Counted from the first letter of the stretch, positions 29,917 through 41,364 are shown. The stretch: 49,460 nucleotides of DNA from Tetramitus jugosus (GCA_937625935.1 CALMHQ010000002.1:1-49460), one strand, 5' to 3'. The notes: generated by a model not told the origin, from the sequence alone. Program-made: numbers and translations.

Positions 29917-30531
29917 ATGTACACATCTTTAATCATAATTATATATATATTTTTAATTAGTTCATCAGTACTGATGATTTCTGCAGCAAATCCTATAAAT
30001 TCTGTATTATTTTTAATTTGCTCTTTTTTATTTAGTTCTATAGTTTTTATTTTATTGGGTATTGATTTTTTTGGTTTTATATTTTTAATTATTTATGTTG
30101 GTGCAATTGCTGTATTGTTTTTATTTATAGTAATGATGTTAAATATTCAAAAAATACAAACAGATAAGTATACTTACTTGACAATTGGTGTTTTTATATT
30201 AGTAATTTTATTGTTTGAAATATTTATTTCATTATTATATGGTTATGTTTATATGTTAAACTTAGATGAATATAATTATAATAATTTAAATAATTTATTT
30301 ATTTATAATATGAATTATAATGATGAAGAATCACATTATTTTACTTTATATAATATTGCTTTATTATTATTTCAAGTAAACCCTTTAAATTTAATATTAG
30401 CTGCATTGAATTTATTAATTGCGATGATTGGAGCTATAGCACTAACAAATAATACAAGTGGTAGTAATATTATTGAAAATAAAGAATTTACAGAAAGAGA
30501 TATGCATATTTATAATGTATATGTATACTAA
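29917..30531 (+). CDS. nad6: NADH dehydrogenase subunit 6
   Basis: NPINSVLFL, IYVGAIAVLFLFIVMM, LIAMIGAI. Confidence 0.96.
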   Translation: MYTSLIIIIYIFLISSSVLMISAANPINSVLFLICSFLFSSIVFILLGIDFFGFIFLIIYVGAIAVLFLFIVMMLNIQKIQTDKYTYLTIGVFILVILLFEIFISLLYGYVYMLNLDEYNYNNLNNLFIYNMNYNDEESHYFTLYNIALLLFQVNPLNLILAALNLLIAMIGAIALTNNTSGSNIIENKEFTERDMHIYNVYVY

Positions 30532-30555
30532 TATATAATATAATATATATTATAT

Positions 30556-30639
30556 ATTCAGATGGCTGAGTGGTCAAAAGCGCTGGCTTTGAATTCCAGT
30601 TTATTTTTATAAGCGAAGGTTCAAATCCTTCTCTGTTCT
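30556..30639 (+). tRNA. trnS: tRNA-Ser(UGA)
   Basis: Loop TTTGAAT, long variable arm; positions 1-3 mismatched. Confidence 0.88.
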
Positions 30640-30722
30640 TTTTTTTATTGTTATACATTTTATATTTATTTTTTTTATATTATTATTTATATAGTATAAT
30701 AATACATTATTAACTAACACAC

Positions 30723-31487
30723 ATGAATTTTAAATTAACTAAATTTTTATTTGAATTAGGTATGCACATTGGTGAACATAAAAGTAAAGTTTTTAATTTA
30801 AATTCTTTTTTCTTATTAGGAGTAAGAAAAAACCTGCACGTTATAGATTTAAATGTAACTATCTATTTTTTAAAAAATGCTTGTAATTTTTTAAAAAATT
30901 TAGGAAGTAAAAATAGTTATTTATTTTTTTACTATACAAATTTGTCTAATTTAGACAAAAGATTGATTAGCTTTTTTATATTTCATTTATATAGAAGTAA
31001 TCATTCATTTTTATTTAACAATTGGAAACATGGATTATTATCTAATTATAATATGCAAGCTTCGGATATATTAATAGATTTATTTTCAGGTAAAGATAAT
31101 GTTAAATCAAATTTAAAATTTACATCATTATTATTTAAAATGATTTATTTTTCTTTTAATACTCGTGAAGCTGGTATGCGTTGGTTTAAACATTTAAAAA
31201 TTATTAAAAAATATTGGAGATTTTTTATATTTTATTGTTTTTTTCGTAATTTAAATGCTCTACCAGATGTAGCGATAATAATGAATGCTAATAAAATGGT
31301 TACTCCTGTAAAAGAATGTAACTCTTTAAAGATACCTGTTGTTGGATTAGTTGATAGTGATAGTAAAAGTAATTTTTTCACTTATCCTATCCCAGGTAAT
31401 GATAATTCTTTTTTAATTACTGCTTTTTTATTTATTTTATTTATAAATTGTTATAAAAAAGGATTATTATCAAATATAAATTATTAA
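30723..31487 (+). CDS. rps2: Ribosomal protein uS2
   Basis: GMHIG, IDL, IPVVGLVDSD, YPIPGNDNS. Confidence 0.95.
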   Translation: MNFKLTKFLFELGMHIGEHKSKVFNLNSFFLLGVRKNLHVIDLNVTIYFLKNACNFLKNLGSKNSYLFFYYTNLSNLDKRLISFFIFHLYRSNHSFLFNNWKHGLLSNYNMQASDILIDLFSGKDNVKSNLKFTSLLFKMIYFSFNTREAGMRWFKHLKIIKKYWRFFIFYCFFRNLNALPDVAIIMNANKMVTPVKECNSLKIPVVGLVDSDSKSNFFTYPIPGNDNSFLITAFLFILFINCYKKGLLSNINY

Positions 31488-31574
31488 TTTTCATTAATAA
31501 TTAATTGGTTACATTATAAAGTATTAACTATTAGTAGTTGCATTAGTAGATTACATTATGTATTTTATATTTTT

Positions 31575-32429
31575 ATGGTTGATCCAAAAAAATTGAAATT
31601 AAAAGTTATATCTTATGAAAAATTTAGAGATATCACTAAATCTATTCAAATTGTTGCATTATCTAATATTTCAGAATTAAAAGAAAATATCGCAAATAGA
31701 TTTTTAGCGCTTACTCCATTTTTATCTTTTTTTAATATTAAACATTATGCAGAATGTGAAAATATGCAATGCTTAGTGATGCCTATTACAATTGATAAAA
31801 ATTGTTGTGGACCTCATAATAATGAGATTTTTGGAGCAACTGAAGAAATTATTGATACTTTAGAGGAAACATTTAATACTGTTAGAACTTTTAGTACTGG
31901 TGTACGTTGTAGAGTTACAATGTTAAGGGATTACCCAGGTAGTTTAATTAAGCATATTGCTCGGTACAATAAGGATATTGCAGCATTTTCTATTTTTAGT
32001 TTTTCTATTATTGTAGAGAAAATTATCAAGTTAAATTTAGATAGATATTTTATAGTATTTAATAGATTTATTTCTGTATTTGCACAAGAAACATCTTGTT
32101 ACCAAGTTTGTTCCTTTAATGAATTTACTAATATATTAGTTGATAAAATGGATTTAAATGAATCTATTTTTCATCGTGTAGCATTAGATAATAAAGATTT
32201 TCCTAATTATTTAAGTGACCTTTATAATTTTGGATTATCTTTAGTATTAATGGATGCCTTTGAAGAGAATGAATATAGTTCTTTAGGTGCACGTATTGTA
32301 GCTATGGATAGTGCTAAAAAAAATGCAGGTAAATTAATAGAAGAATTAACTATTAAATATCATAGAGCTAGACAGGAATCTATTACTAATGAATTAATTG
32401 AAATAGTATCTTGTGCTAACTTTGTATAA
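31575..32429 (+). CDS. atp3: ATP synthase F1 subunit gamma
   Basis: ITKSIQIVA, DKNCCGPHN, ARIVAMDSAKKNA, RARQESITNELIEI. Confidence 0.95.
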   Translation: MVDPKKLKLKVISYEKFRDITKSIQIVALSNISELKENIANRFLALTPFLSFFNIKHYAECENMQCLVMPITIDKNCCGPHNNEIFGATEEIIDTLEETFNTVRTFSTGVRCRVTMLRDYPGSLIKHIARYNKDIAAFSIFSFSIIVEKIIKLNLDRYFIVFNRFISVFAQETSCYQVCSFNEFTNILVDKMDLNESIFHRVALDNKDFPNYLSDLYNFGLSLVLMDAFEENEYSSLGARIVAMDSAKKNAGKLIEELTIKYHRARQESITNELIEIVSCANFV

Positions 32430-32524
32430 TTAATTTGTTATATTGATTTTTTTATATTCTTTGTCCTAAAAAAGATTCAAATTAGTTGTTGATTTTTATT
32501 AAAAAATATAAAAATACATGTAAC

Positions 32525-32743
32525 ATGATCGTAGAATTTAAAATGATAGGTGCAGGTTTAGCTACTATAGCTTCAGGTGGTGTAGGTGTAGGTATAGGTT
32601 TAATTTTTAGTAGTTTATTAGAAGGTATTTCTAGAAATCCATCAGTACATCAAAGATTATTTAACTTAGCTATTTTTGGTTTTGCTTTAACAGAAGCAAT
32701 AGCATTATTTACTATTATGATTGTTTTCTTAATATTATTTTAA
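32525..32743 (+). CDS. atp9: ATP synthase subunit c
   Basis: IGAGLA, GVGIG, SRNP, GFALTEA; ATG at 32525. Confidence 0.98.
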   Translation: MIVEFKMIGAGLATIASGGVGVGIGLIFSSLLEGISRNPSVHQRLFNLAIFGFALTEAIALFTIMIVFLILF

Positions 32744-32829
32744 TATATTATTAAATATATTATTTAGTATCATTTAACAATATTTTTATATTTATTATTT
32801 ATTGATTACATAAATTATTATTATTTTTT

Positions 32830-33291
32830 ATGATATATTTATTTATTATATTTACACTATTAAATTTTACTAACTTTTTTTTATTATTTCAATCTGAGTC
32901 ATTTATATTGTTTATATCTTTTTTTTTAATTATTTCTTATTTTTATGCATTTATGAATATAAACTTAAAATCAACACATGCTTCTAATTTAGAATGGATT
33001 GAAACAGTACGATTTTATATTACACTATCTAGTTGGCATAAATCTTATATACGTTACAATGAATTAAAAATTGCAAATTTTTATAAATTAGTTTTAGTTT
33101 TAAAAAAAAATTTTTTTTTAAAACTACAAAAAATTAATAAATTATTAGTACGTAATCATTATAATAATTTAAAAAAATTACAATTATTTAGATTAATTCA
33201 TATTGAAAGAAAAACTAAGTTATATAAAGAGTTAGTGAGAACTAGTAAATCTAACTCTAAATCTATTATTTTAATTGGAAGTATTATATAG
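32830..33291 (+). CDS. atp4: Probable ATP synthase subunit b
   Basis: Hydrophobic N-terminus with SESFILFISF, basic helical tail; lies between atp9 and atp8. Confidence 0.55.
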   Translation: MIYLFIIFTLLNFTNFFLLFQSESFILFISFFLIISYFYAFMNINLKSTHASNLEWIETVRFYITLSSWHKSYIRYNELKIANFYKLVLVLKKNFFLKLQKINKLLVRNHYNNLKKLQLFRLIHIERKTKLYKELVRTSKSNSKSIILIGSII

Positions 33292-33329
33292 TTATTTTTA
33301 TTGATTACTTATTTTATACATATATATAT

Positions 33330-33659
33330 ATGCCACAAATAGATATTTTTATAGTAGTAAGTCAATTACAATTTTTATTATTTTTTTTTTTAGGATATTT
33401 TTATTTTTTAAAAAAAATATTACCATTAATTAGTTTAGAAATGAAATTTAGACAAAAAGTATTATTATTTCATATGAATTGGTTTGCTAATAATATAAAT
33501 CAAACAATATATTATAGAGAAACTTTTAGTACTTTATTAGTTAAGTTCAGATCTTTATTAGAAATATTTAATTTTATAATAAAAAAACGTGATCTTTTTT
33601 ATGGTATTTATGATATCGATTTAATGTTAGTTCGTTTTCAATATAGACAATTTAAATAA
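33330..33659 (+). CDS. atp8: ATP synthase subunit 8
   Basis: MPQID start, TM segment, ILP...KFR. Confidence 0.92.
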   Translation: MPQIDIFIVVSQLQFLLFFFLGYFYFLKKILPLISLEMKFRQKVLLFHMNWFANNINQTIYYRETFSTLLVKFRSLLEIFNFIIKKRDLFYGIYDIDLMLVRFQYRQFK

Positions 33660-33671
33660 TATTATATTAAC

Positions 33672-34313
33672 ATGACAATACATAACATTCTAATTAAATT
33701 ATTATTACGTAATAAATTATATTGGGCTAATAAGTTAGCTTTAAATTCTAAAATAGTTATTAAATCTTTTTATAAAAATTCTGAATCTGTATTATTAAAT
33801 AGTTTAGTAAAAACTAATGCTTTATTATTAGAAAATATTAATACTTTATTAAGAACTTATTTATTTATTTACCGTATTTTGTTATTTAATCAATTACATA
33901 ATATTACATTGAATAAATATAGTGTATCTGGTTGTACTTTATTAAAATATGATAATATTTCTGATTTATATAGTAGTCGTAAAATTTTAACTACTTCTAT
34001 TTATAGTACTATTAATTTTGTTGGTTCTTTTGGTATGAATGTATGTACTTTTTATAATATTTTTTATAATATTTATTTCAATATATTATATTTATTAAAC
34101 ACTAAATTATTATATAAGTATAATTGGAGATTAAGTAAATTACCTAAACATTCTGAAAAAATTACAGTTTTAAGGTCTCCACATATTGATAAAAAATCAA
34201 GAGAACAATTTGAAATCTTAACTCATAAATCTTCTATGATAGGATTTAATTTATTAACTATTGATTTTTTAAAAAATCAATCAGATAATAATTATATTGA
34301 ATATATTTATTAG
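33672..34313 (+). CDS. rps10: Ribosomal protein uS10, N-terminally extended
   Basis: LPK...[18 protein letters not shown]. Confidence 0.93.
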   Translation: MTIHNILIKLLLRNKLYWANKLALNSKIVIKSFYKNSESVLLNSLVKTNALLLENINTLLRTYLFIYRILLFNQLHNITLNKYSVSGCTLLKYDNISDLYSSRKILTTSIYSTINFVGSFGMNVCTFYNIFYNIYFNILYLLNTKLLYKYNWRLSKLPKHSEKITVLRSPHIDKKSREQFEILTHKSSMIGFNLLTIDFLKNQSDNNYIEYIY

Positions 34314-34365
34314 TATTTTATTACTAATATTTTTTTTTTGATTACTTTTTTTTATAATTAATATT

Positions 34366-35088
34366 TTGAAACAATATATAAATTTATTACTTAAACAAAT
34401 ATATATTTTTATACACAATAATAAAAAATTAAATGAATTACACAAACTATCATTAGAAGTATATAATAATTCATTAAATAAATTTTATAATCAAATTTAT
34501 AATAATCGGGTTGTAAATTATTATAAATCATTTTCTGGCACTGAAGAAAATACATGTTTACACAATCAATCAAATTTAGATACATTATATTATAATAATA
34601 ATTTTATACTTTATAAAAATATAAAAACTTTATTTTTATTAGAGGTTTCTAGAGGTATGTTTTTTGCTTTAAAAAATATATTTGATAGGAAAGCTACTAT
34701 TAATTATCCTTTTGAAAAAGGACCAATTAGCTCACGTTTTCGTGGAGAACATGCATTACGTCGTTATCGTACTGGGGAAGAAAGATGTATTTCTTGTAAG
34801 TTATGTGAGGTTATATGCCCTGCTTTAGCTATTACTATTGATTCTAGTATGCGTAGTAATGGTAGTAGAAAAACTGATAGATATGATATTGATATGACAA
34901 AATGTATTTTTTGTGGACTGTGCCAAGAAGCTTGTCCTGTAGATGCTATAGTAGAAGGCCCTAATTTTGAATACTCTACTTTTTCACATGATGAATTATT
35001 ATATGATAAAAAAAAATTATTATTAAATGGTGACATGTGGGAAATTGAGATATTTAATAATTTAAAAAAAGAAAATATTTATAGATAA
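34366..35088 (+). CDS. nad8: NADH dehydrogenase subunit 8 (probable TTG start)
   Basis: [33 protein letters not shown]. Confidence 0.97.
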   Translation: MKQYINLLLKQIYIFIHNNKKLNELHKLSLEVYNNSLNKFYNQIYNNRVVNYYKSFSGTEENTCLHNQSNLDTLYYNNNFILYKNIKTLFLLEVSRGMFFALKNIFDRKATINYPFEKGPISSRFRGEHALRRYRTGEERCISCKLCEVICPALAITIDSSMRSNGSRKTDRYDIDMTKCIFCGLCQEACPVDAIVEGPNFEYSTFSHDELLYDKKKLLLNGDMWEIEIFNNLKKENIYR

Positions 35089-35231
35089 GTATTTCTTTTT
35101 TTAAAATGATTAATTAATATTTGAAGATAATATTTAATCATATTAGTAAAATGAAAAAATTTTATCTATGTACTTACACATTGTATTAATAAATATTTTT
35201 TATATATAATTGTACAAAAATAATTATATAT

Positions 35232-37136
35232 ATGTCTTATTCTGATAGGGTTTGGAAACGTTGGGTTTGGACTACAAATCATAAAAGAATTGGTATTATG
35301 TATATATTTTTTGGTATCTTTAATGGTTTTTTAGCTGTTTTATTATCTATGATTATTAGATTAGAGTTAGCTTTTCCAGGAGATCAAATTTTATTTGGTG
35401 AATATCAATTTTATAACTTAGTTACTACTATGCATGGTGTACTAATGTTGTTTGTTGTTGTGTTGCCTATTTTATTTGGTGGGTTTGGTAATTATTTTGT
35501 TCCTATTTTAATAGGTGCCCCAGATATGGCATTTCCTAGATTAAATAACTTTAGTTTTTGGACATTACCACCTTCTACTTTATTAGCAGTCATTTCTACT
35601 TTTGTAGATGGAGGGCCTGGTACTGGTTGGACATTATATCCACCTTTATCTAGTACTCAAACACATTCTAATTCATCTGTAGATTTTTTAATACTTAGTT
35701 TTCATTTAGCAGGTATTTCTTCAATAGTTGCTAGTATAAACTTCATATGTACTATTTTGTATTTTAAAAGTGAATCAATGTATTTAAAAGATTTATCATT
35801 ATTTGTATGGTCTGTTTTTATTACTTCTTTTTTATTACTTTTAGCAATTCCTGTATTAGCTGCAGCTATTACTTTATTATTTTTTGATAGAAATTTTAAT
35901 ACTAGTTTTTTTGATCCAGCTGGTGGTGGTGATTTAGTATTATACCAACATTTATTTTGGTTCTTTGGTCATCCTGAGGTTTATATTTTAGTTATTCCAG
36001 GTTTTGGTATAGTTAGTCATGTTATATCAACATTCTCTCAAAAAAGAGTATTTGGTCATACTTCTATGATTGCAGCTATTTTAATAATAGGTATTATTGG
36101 TTTTATTGTTTGGGCGCACCATATGTATACTTCTGGTATAGATACAAACACTAAAGCTTATTTTACTTCTGCTACAATGGTTATTGCAATTCCTACTGGT
36201 ATTAAAATTTTTAATTGGTTAGCTACAATGTGGGGTGGTAGTATTTGGTTTTATACTCCTATGTATTTTGCTGTAGGTTTTGTTGCTTTATTTACAATGG
36301 GTGGTTTAACTGGTATTATATTATCTAATGCTGGTATAGATGTATCATTACATGATACATATTATGTTGTTGCTCATTTTCATTATGTTTTATCAATGGG
36401 TGCAGTGTTTGCTATTTTTTCTGGTTTTTACTATTGGTTTGGTAAAATGTCTGGTTTTCAATATTCAGAACACTTAGGACAATGTCATTTTTGGTTAACT
36501 TTTATAGGTGCTAATTTAACATTTTTTCCAATGCATTTTTTAGGTGTAGCAGGTATGCCTCGTAGAATCCCTGATTATCCAGATATGTATCAAAAATGGA
36601 ATACTTTTGCTAGTTTTGGTAGTTTAATTTCTTTTTTTGGTTTAATCTTTTTTTTTTATGTAGTTTATGATGCTTTAACACAACAAATTCCTTGTGGTAG
36701 AAATCCTTGGATATTTTCTACTCATGATGAAATGTCATATAGAATGACTAGATTATCATACTATGTTACTAACAATTTTGTTGCAAATGACTATAAAGTA
36801 AATAAACGTTTTACTACATTAGATAATAAATATTATCAACAATGGTTATTATATAATTATATATCACATTTAAAATATGTAATAAATTTAAAAAATATAA
36901 AAACATTTAGTTTAGAGTGGACATTACCTTCTCCAGTGCCTGCGCATACTTTTGCGGTTGCCCCTAAAATTATTACAGTTTCTAGTAATTATAAAAAATA
37001 TAGAAAAAATTATTATTTTAGAGATTTAAGTAATCCAAAAAATAAAAAATATATTTTACCTTTTGGTTCAGGTATGGATGCTGATTTTGATGTATTAGTA
37101 GAAGTATTTTATAGTACTACTCGTAAAAATATATAA
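35232..37136 (+). CDS. cox1: Cytochrome c oxidase subunit 1, C-terminally extended
   Basis: [27 protein letters not shown]. Confidence 0.99.
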   Translation: MSYSDRVWKRWVWTTNHKRIGIMYIFFGIFNGFLAVLLSMIIRLELAFPGDQILFGEYQFYNLVTTMHGVLMLFVVVLPILFGGFGNYFVPILIGAPDMAFPRLNNFSFWTLPPSTLLAVISTFVDGGPGTGWTLYPPLSSTQTHSNSSVDFLILSFHLAGISSIVASINFICTILYFKSESMYLKDLSLFVWSVFITSFLLLLAIPVLAAAITLLFFDRNFNTSFFDPAGGGDLVLYQHLFWFFGHPEVYILVIPGFGIVSHVISTFSQKRVFGHTSMIAAILIIGIIGFIVWAHHMYTSGIDTNTKAYFTSATMVIAIPTGIKIFNWLATMWGGSIWFYTPMYFAVGFVALFTMGGLTGIILSNAGIDVSLHDTYYVVAHFHYVLSMGAVFAIFSGFYYWFGKMSGFQYSEHLGQCHFWLTFIGANLTFFPMHFLGVAGMPRRIPDYPDMYQKWNTFASFGSLISFFGLIFFFYVVYDALTQQIPCGRNPWIFSTHDEMSYRMTRLSYYVTNNFVANDYKVNKRFTTLDNKYYQQWLLYNYISHLKYVINLKNIKTFSLEWTLPSPVPAHTFAVAPKIITVSSNYKKYRKNYYFRDLSNPKNKKYILPFGSGMDADFDVLVEVFYSTTRKNI

Positions 37137-37196
37137 GTAGTATATTAATGTTTGTTTATTATAATATTGATTACATATTTAAATATAATATATAAT

Positions 37197-37595
37197 ATGA
37201 TACATGAATATTTACCAGCGATGATACAAGCATATTTACCAACTATAGTTGGTGGTTTACATTTGACATTAGTTATTTTATTTCCTGGAATTGAATTAGA
37301 GTTTTACGAACAACTTGCAAGTTTACAAGCTTATTCTTCACAAATTATGTACGATATGGAAATGTCTAGAAATGTAGAGATAGAAGCTTATTTAGAATTA
37401 AGGAATCAAGTCGAAAAACTTTTTATTGAAATTAAATTGGATGGATTCTGCAGTGGATATGAGGAAAGGGAATTATTCAAACCTTGTATTGAAGAAGTAG
37501 TAAAAAGTGAACTTGAGTCTGGTTTAAGTGGTTATAAAGATATTCCTACTAAAATTAAATTTTTAAATATTATTCTTTCTGATTTAACAAAATAG
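37197..37595 (+). CDS. orf132, unknown: hydrophobic N-terminal segment then acidic helical region
   Basis: ATG at 37197 lies 30 nt after TTGATTAC (the ORF track starts at TTG 37152). Confidence 0.6.
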   Translation: MIHEYLPAMIQAYLPTIVGGLHLTLVILFPGIELEFYEQLASLQAYSSQIMYDMEMSRNVEIEAYLELRNQVEKLFIEIKLDGFCSGYEERELFKPCIEEVVKSELESGLSGYKDIPTKIKFLNIILSDLTK

Positions 37596-37603
37596 ATACT
37601 TTT

Positions 37604-37633
37604 ATTATTAAAAATTATTGATTACTTATTTAT
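37604..37633 (+). repeat. 30-bp dispersed direct repeat, copy 2
   Basis: Identical to 17418..17447. Confidence 0.85.
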
Positions 37634-37902
37634 AAAAGTATATAGTAAGTAGTATTAGATATTACTTATAAATAGACTGAACTTTTAGTAATTCTAAAAA
37701 AATAGAAGTTTTTAACTGTTATTGAAGTTAATTATTTAGAAGCACTATTTCTAATACTACTGATGAAGTATTAGCAAGAGAAATATTTGAAGACTTTTTA
37801 AATTTATAAGTTGTGTATGTTTAATTAATATTAATTTATAACTTTAATTTGATAACTTATAAATTTTTACAAATCGTTTGGATTATTTTTTATTTTGTTT
37901 AA

Positions 37903-38694
37903 ATGTCTAATAATTATATTCTTAGGTTTAATCCTATTACACCTTCACAAAGACATACTTGTTTAGTTAATAAACGTAATTTATCTAATAATATGCATAT
38001 TAAACGTTTATGTTTATCATTAAAAAATAGTGCTGGTCGTAATAACACAGGTATTATTACTGTAAGACATAAAGGTGCTGGAGTAAAAAAAAAATTTCGT
38101 AAAGTTGATTTTAAACGTAATATTTATAATATTCCCGCAGAGGTATACACTATTGAATATGATCCATATAGATCTTCTTTTGTTTCTCTTATTCATTACA
38201 GTAATGGTTTATTTTGTTATATTTTAACTACACAATTTAATTTGTGTAAAAAAATATTTATTTATAACTATAATGAAAGAATAGCTTTCCATAACATAGG
38301 AGATTCAAATTTATTATTATATTTTGATAATGGTACTCTTTTACATAATTTAGAGCAATTTCCAGGTAAAGGCGGCTCTATTTCAAGATCTGCTGGTACA
38401 TATAGTTTATTAGTAAACGTTAGTAGTAATGCGTCGAAGGTAAAACTTCCTTCCGGTAAAATATTATTACTTTCTTCTTATTGTAGAGCTACTTTAGGTA
38501 TTGTTTCAAATCAATGGTATAGATATTTAAATTTAGGTAAAGCTGGTCGATCAAGATGGTTAGGTATTAGACCAAGCGTTAGAGGTGTTGCAATGAATCC
38601 TATAGATCATCCACATGGTGGAGGTGAAGGAAAAAAAACAGGTCGAGTTAGTCCTTTTTCTGTTTGGGGCAGAAGACAAAAAACAGTAAGTTAA
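37903..38694 (+). CDS. rpl2: Ribosomal protein uL2
   Basis: GRNNTG, EYDPYRS, RGVAMNPIDHPHGGGEG. Confidence 0.98.
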   Translation: MSNNYILRFNPITPSQRHTCLVNKRNLSNNMHIKRLCLSLKNSAGRNNTGIITVRHKGAGVKKKFRKVDFKRNIYNIPAEVYTIEYDPYRSSFVSLIHYSNGLFCYILTTQFNLCKKIFIYNYNERIAFHNIGDSNLLLYFDNGTLLHNLEQFPGKGGSISRSAGTYSLLVNVSSNASKVKLPSGKILLLSSYCRATLGIVSNQWYRYLNLGKAGRSRWLGIRPSVRGVAMNPIDHPHGGGEGKKTGRVSPFSVWGRRQKTVS

Positions 38695-38705
38695 TACTTA
38701 AATAG

Positions 38706-38972
38706 ATGGTTAGATCTTTGTACAAAGGACCTTTTGTTGATAATAAATTATTAAAGAATGCGATAAGTGCTAAAATTAACAATAAAAAAATATTATATAC
38801 TAGAAGTAGATGTTCTACTATTACTTTTGATTTTTTAGATTTAATTGTTTATGTTTATAATGGTAAAATATATTATCCATTAAACGTTAAAGAATATATG
38901 CTGGGTTATAAATTTGGTGCTTTTTGTTTTACTAAAAAACGAGCAATTTACAAAAAGAAAAAAAAAAAATAA
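38706..38972 (+). CDS. rps19: Ribosomal protein uS19
   Basis: RSLYKGPFVD, VYNGK, MLGYKFG. Confidence 0.96.
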   Translation: MVRSLYKGPFVDNKLLKNAISAKINNKKILYTRSRCSTITFDFLDLIVYVYNGKIYYPLNVKEYMLGYKFGAFCFTKKRAIYKKKKKK

Positions 38973-38978
38973 TTAATT

Positions 38979-40868
38979 ATGAGTCGTCTTAGTAATTTAA
39001 ATACTTTAAAAATCGGTATTTTTGGTAATTGGTATTCTTCTTGGTATGATCGTGAATTTTATAATTTTTTAGTTTTTAGAGATTATAAATTAATACAATA
39101 TTTAAACTCTGTTTTTTATCGCCTTCGTTTACCAACTTCACATTTTTATATTAATAGAATTAATCAAAAGTATTATTACATCGAATCAAATATATATATT
39201 ACTAAACATACTTTTAGAAGATTTACTAAATCAGTGCATACATATAAAGATATATTTAAATATATATCTTTAATTGAATATTTATTTGATTCTGTTTTTT
39301 TATTGCCTAAAGATTCTATTTCAGGAATAAGTATTAATAAATTTATTTTTGAATTTGATACTTTTTATTATTTTTTATATTATTTTTTTAATAATTATAA
39401 TACTTTAAATTTAAATAGTAATATATTATTAAATAGATTTTCTTATTTTTATTATATTAATCATTTATTGGTTAATTCTTGTATTAACTTTTTCCCTGTT
39501 AAATATAATGTACAACTAAATATATTTTCTAATTTTTTTAAAATTAACAATACATTAAAAAATAAATTTATCCGCAATTACTCTGAATTAAATAAAAAAA
39601 AGTTAAATATTAAGAAATTAAATTATTTTTATTTAAATTCTTTTTTTCTAAGCTCCAGTAATATTAGTTTATTTAATTATATAATTAATATTAATTATGC
39701 TAATACTATTAATTTATTACATAGATTATTATTTAAATTCATTTTTAAATTTTTATTTATTTTTCTAAATATCTATATAATTATCGTATATAATTTTAGA
39801 TATTACAAAATAAATAAAAATTTACTAAAATGTGAAAATTTTTTAATAAGTAGTTACTATTATTTAAAAAAAATAAATATTATTTGTAATTATAAATTAA
39901 TTATTAAAAATAATGTAAAATTATTTTTAATGTATAATTTTAATAATTATTCATTTAGTTCTATTTTAGATTCAAAAAAAACTAGAAGCACTTACATAAT
40001 TAATCATGAAAATGTTTCAAATAATTATATACATAATAAATTTAATAAGTATTTAAATTTATTATTAAGTAATAAAAATAATTTATTTGGTTTTTTATAT
40101 ATACAAGATTTTGATGAATTTTTTAAAAAATCTATTAATAATAGTATTACAGTTGAAAATGATCAAATAGATGCTATTTATTATAAACAAGTAAATCATT
40201 TTAACAATTTTTTTAAGCGTATATATGTATATTTTTATAAAAAATTCTTTAATTTTTTTCATTTGTCTATAGAGTACACAATTTCTAGTTTTACTGGATT
40301 ACAATGTTTTTTTTTACCTACATATTATATTAAAACATTTCCAATCTTTGATACTAAATTATTATTAGATTATATTTCATATAACTTAAAAAGAAGACAT
40401 CATATTACTAAAATATTTAATAAAATTTCATTATTGCAACAAAAACATAATTCTGATGTTTCTAAATCATTTATTAATTTATTTAATGAATTTTCTGATT
40501 TAAAAAAAAATGCATTAAAATTTAATAAATTTTTACCATATTTTAATTTAGGTGAAATATATCAAACTTTAAATGTAAATAATATATATAGTGATCAAAT
40601 AAAAAAAAAAAAAAATCCAATTTCAGGTATACGTATAGAATTTAGTGGACCTCCTAAAAAAGCTGAAAGGACTGCATTAGTGGCATATCATGATATTATA
40701 CAAGATTATAGACTAATTGGTAAAATGCCAACACATAGTGTTTATGCAGATATACATTATTATCAGTCATACATTAAATTAAAGAGATCTACTTTTGGTA
40801 TTAAAATTTGGTTATTTTATTATACTCGTATTCTAAATTGCAATAATGTTAATAAAACTATTTTATAA
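38979..40868 (+). CDS. rps3: Ribosomal protein uS3 with large internal expansion
   Basis: N-terminal KIGI..NWYSSWY, C-terminal GIRIEFSG...FGIKIW; lies between rps19 and rpl16. Confidence 0.88.
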   Translation: MSRLSNLNTLKIGIFGNWYSSWYDREFYNFLVFRDYKLIQYLNSVFYRLRLPTSHFYINRINQKYYYIESNIYITKHTFRRFTKSVHTYKDIFKYISLIEYLFDSVFLLPKDSISGISINKFIFEFDTFYYFLYYFFNNYNTLNLNSNILLNRFSYFYYINHLLVNSCINFFPVKYNVQLNIFSNFFKINNTLKNKFIRNYSELNKKKLNIKKLNYFYLNSFFLSSSNISLFNYIININYANTINLLHRLLFKFIFKFLFIFLNIYIIIVYNFRYYKINKNLLKCENFLISSYYYLKKINIICNYKLIIKNNVKLFLMYNFNNYSFSSILDSKKTRSTYIINHENVSNNYIHNKFNKYLNLLLSNKNNLFGFLYIQDFDEFFKKSINNSITVENDQIDAIYYKQVNHFNNFFKRIYVYFYKKFFNFFHLSIEYTISSFTGLQCFFLPTYYIKTFPIFDTKLLLDYISYNLKRRHHITKIFNKISLLQQKHNSDVSKSFINLFNEFSDLKKNALKFNKFLPYFNLGEIYQTLNVNNIYSDQIKKKKNPISGIRIEFSGPPKKAERTALVAYHDIIQDYRLIGKMPTHSVYADIHYYQSYIKLKRSTFGIKIWLFYYTRILNCNNVNKTIL

Positions 40869-40944
40869 TACCTTTTATTAACATTATAATCGTGTTTGTT
40901 TTTTACTTTAAAAAACTTAATAAATATATATATATATATATATT

Positions 40945-41364
40945 ATGAAGCAAAAAAAATTATTTAGACGTAACATTTATAAAAAAGGAATTACTTCTTT
41001 TAGTAAAGATTTAATTTCTGGTGATTTTGGGTATGTGGTATTAAAAAACCACATATTAAATAAAAAAAATTTAGAATCTGGTAGAGTTTTAATTAGAAGG
41101 GAATTAAAAAAAAAAGCATACTTATTTGTACGTCCAAAATTTACTATTCCAGTTACAAAAAAACCAAATGGTGTACGTATGGGTAAAGGTAAAGGACCTA
41201 TACATGAATATATTAGTTTTTTAAAAATAGACACTTGTTTATATGAAATTAAACAAGTACAATTAGCGAATGCTTTAAAAATATTAAAAAAATTATCTTA
41301 TAAATTTGGAGTACCTTTAGCATTAGTGCATAAAAGTGGTACTAGATATTATGTAAAAAAATGA
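40945..41364 (+). CDS. rpl16: Ribosomal protein uL16
   Basis: PVTKKPNGVRMGKGKG. Confidence 0.97.
   Translation: MKQKKLFRRNIYKKGITSFSKDLISGDFGYVVLKNHILNKKNLESGRVLIRRELKKKAYLFVRPKFTIPVTKKPNGVRMGKGKGPIHEYISFLKIDTCLYEIKQVQLANALKILKKLSYKFGVPLALVHKSGTRYYVKK

Noticed and set aside
35232-37136. Introns, homing endonucleases or insertional editing
   Set aside because: cox1, cob and the other genes are continuous open frames, and I saw no LAGLIDADG, GIY-YIG or RT motifs
40924-40942. (AT)n microsatellite before rpl16
   Set aside because: Expected in very AT-rich spacers; no further signal
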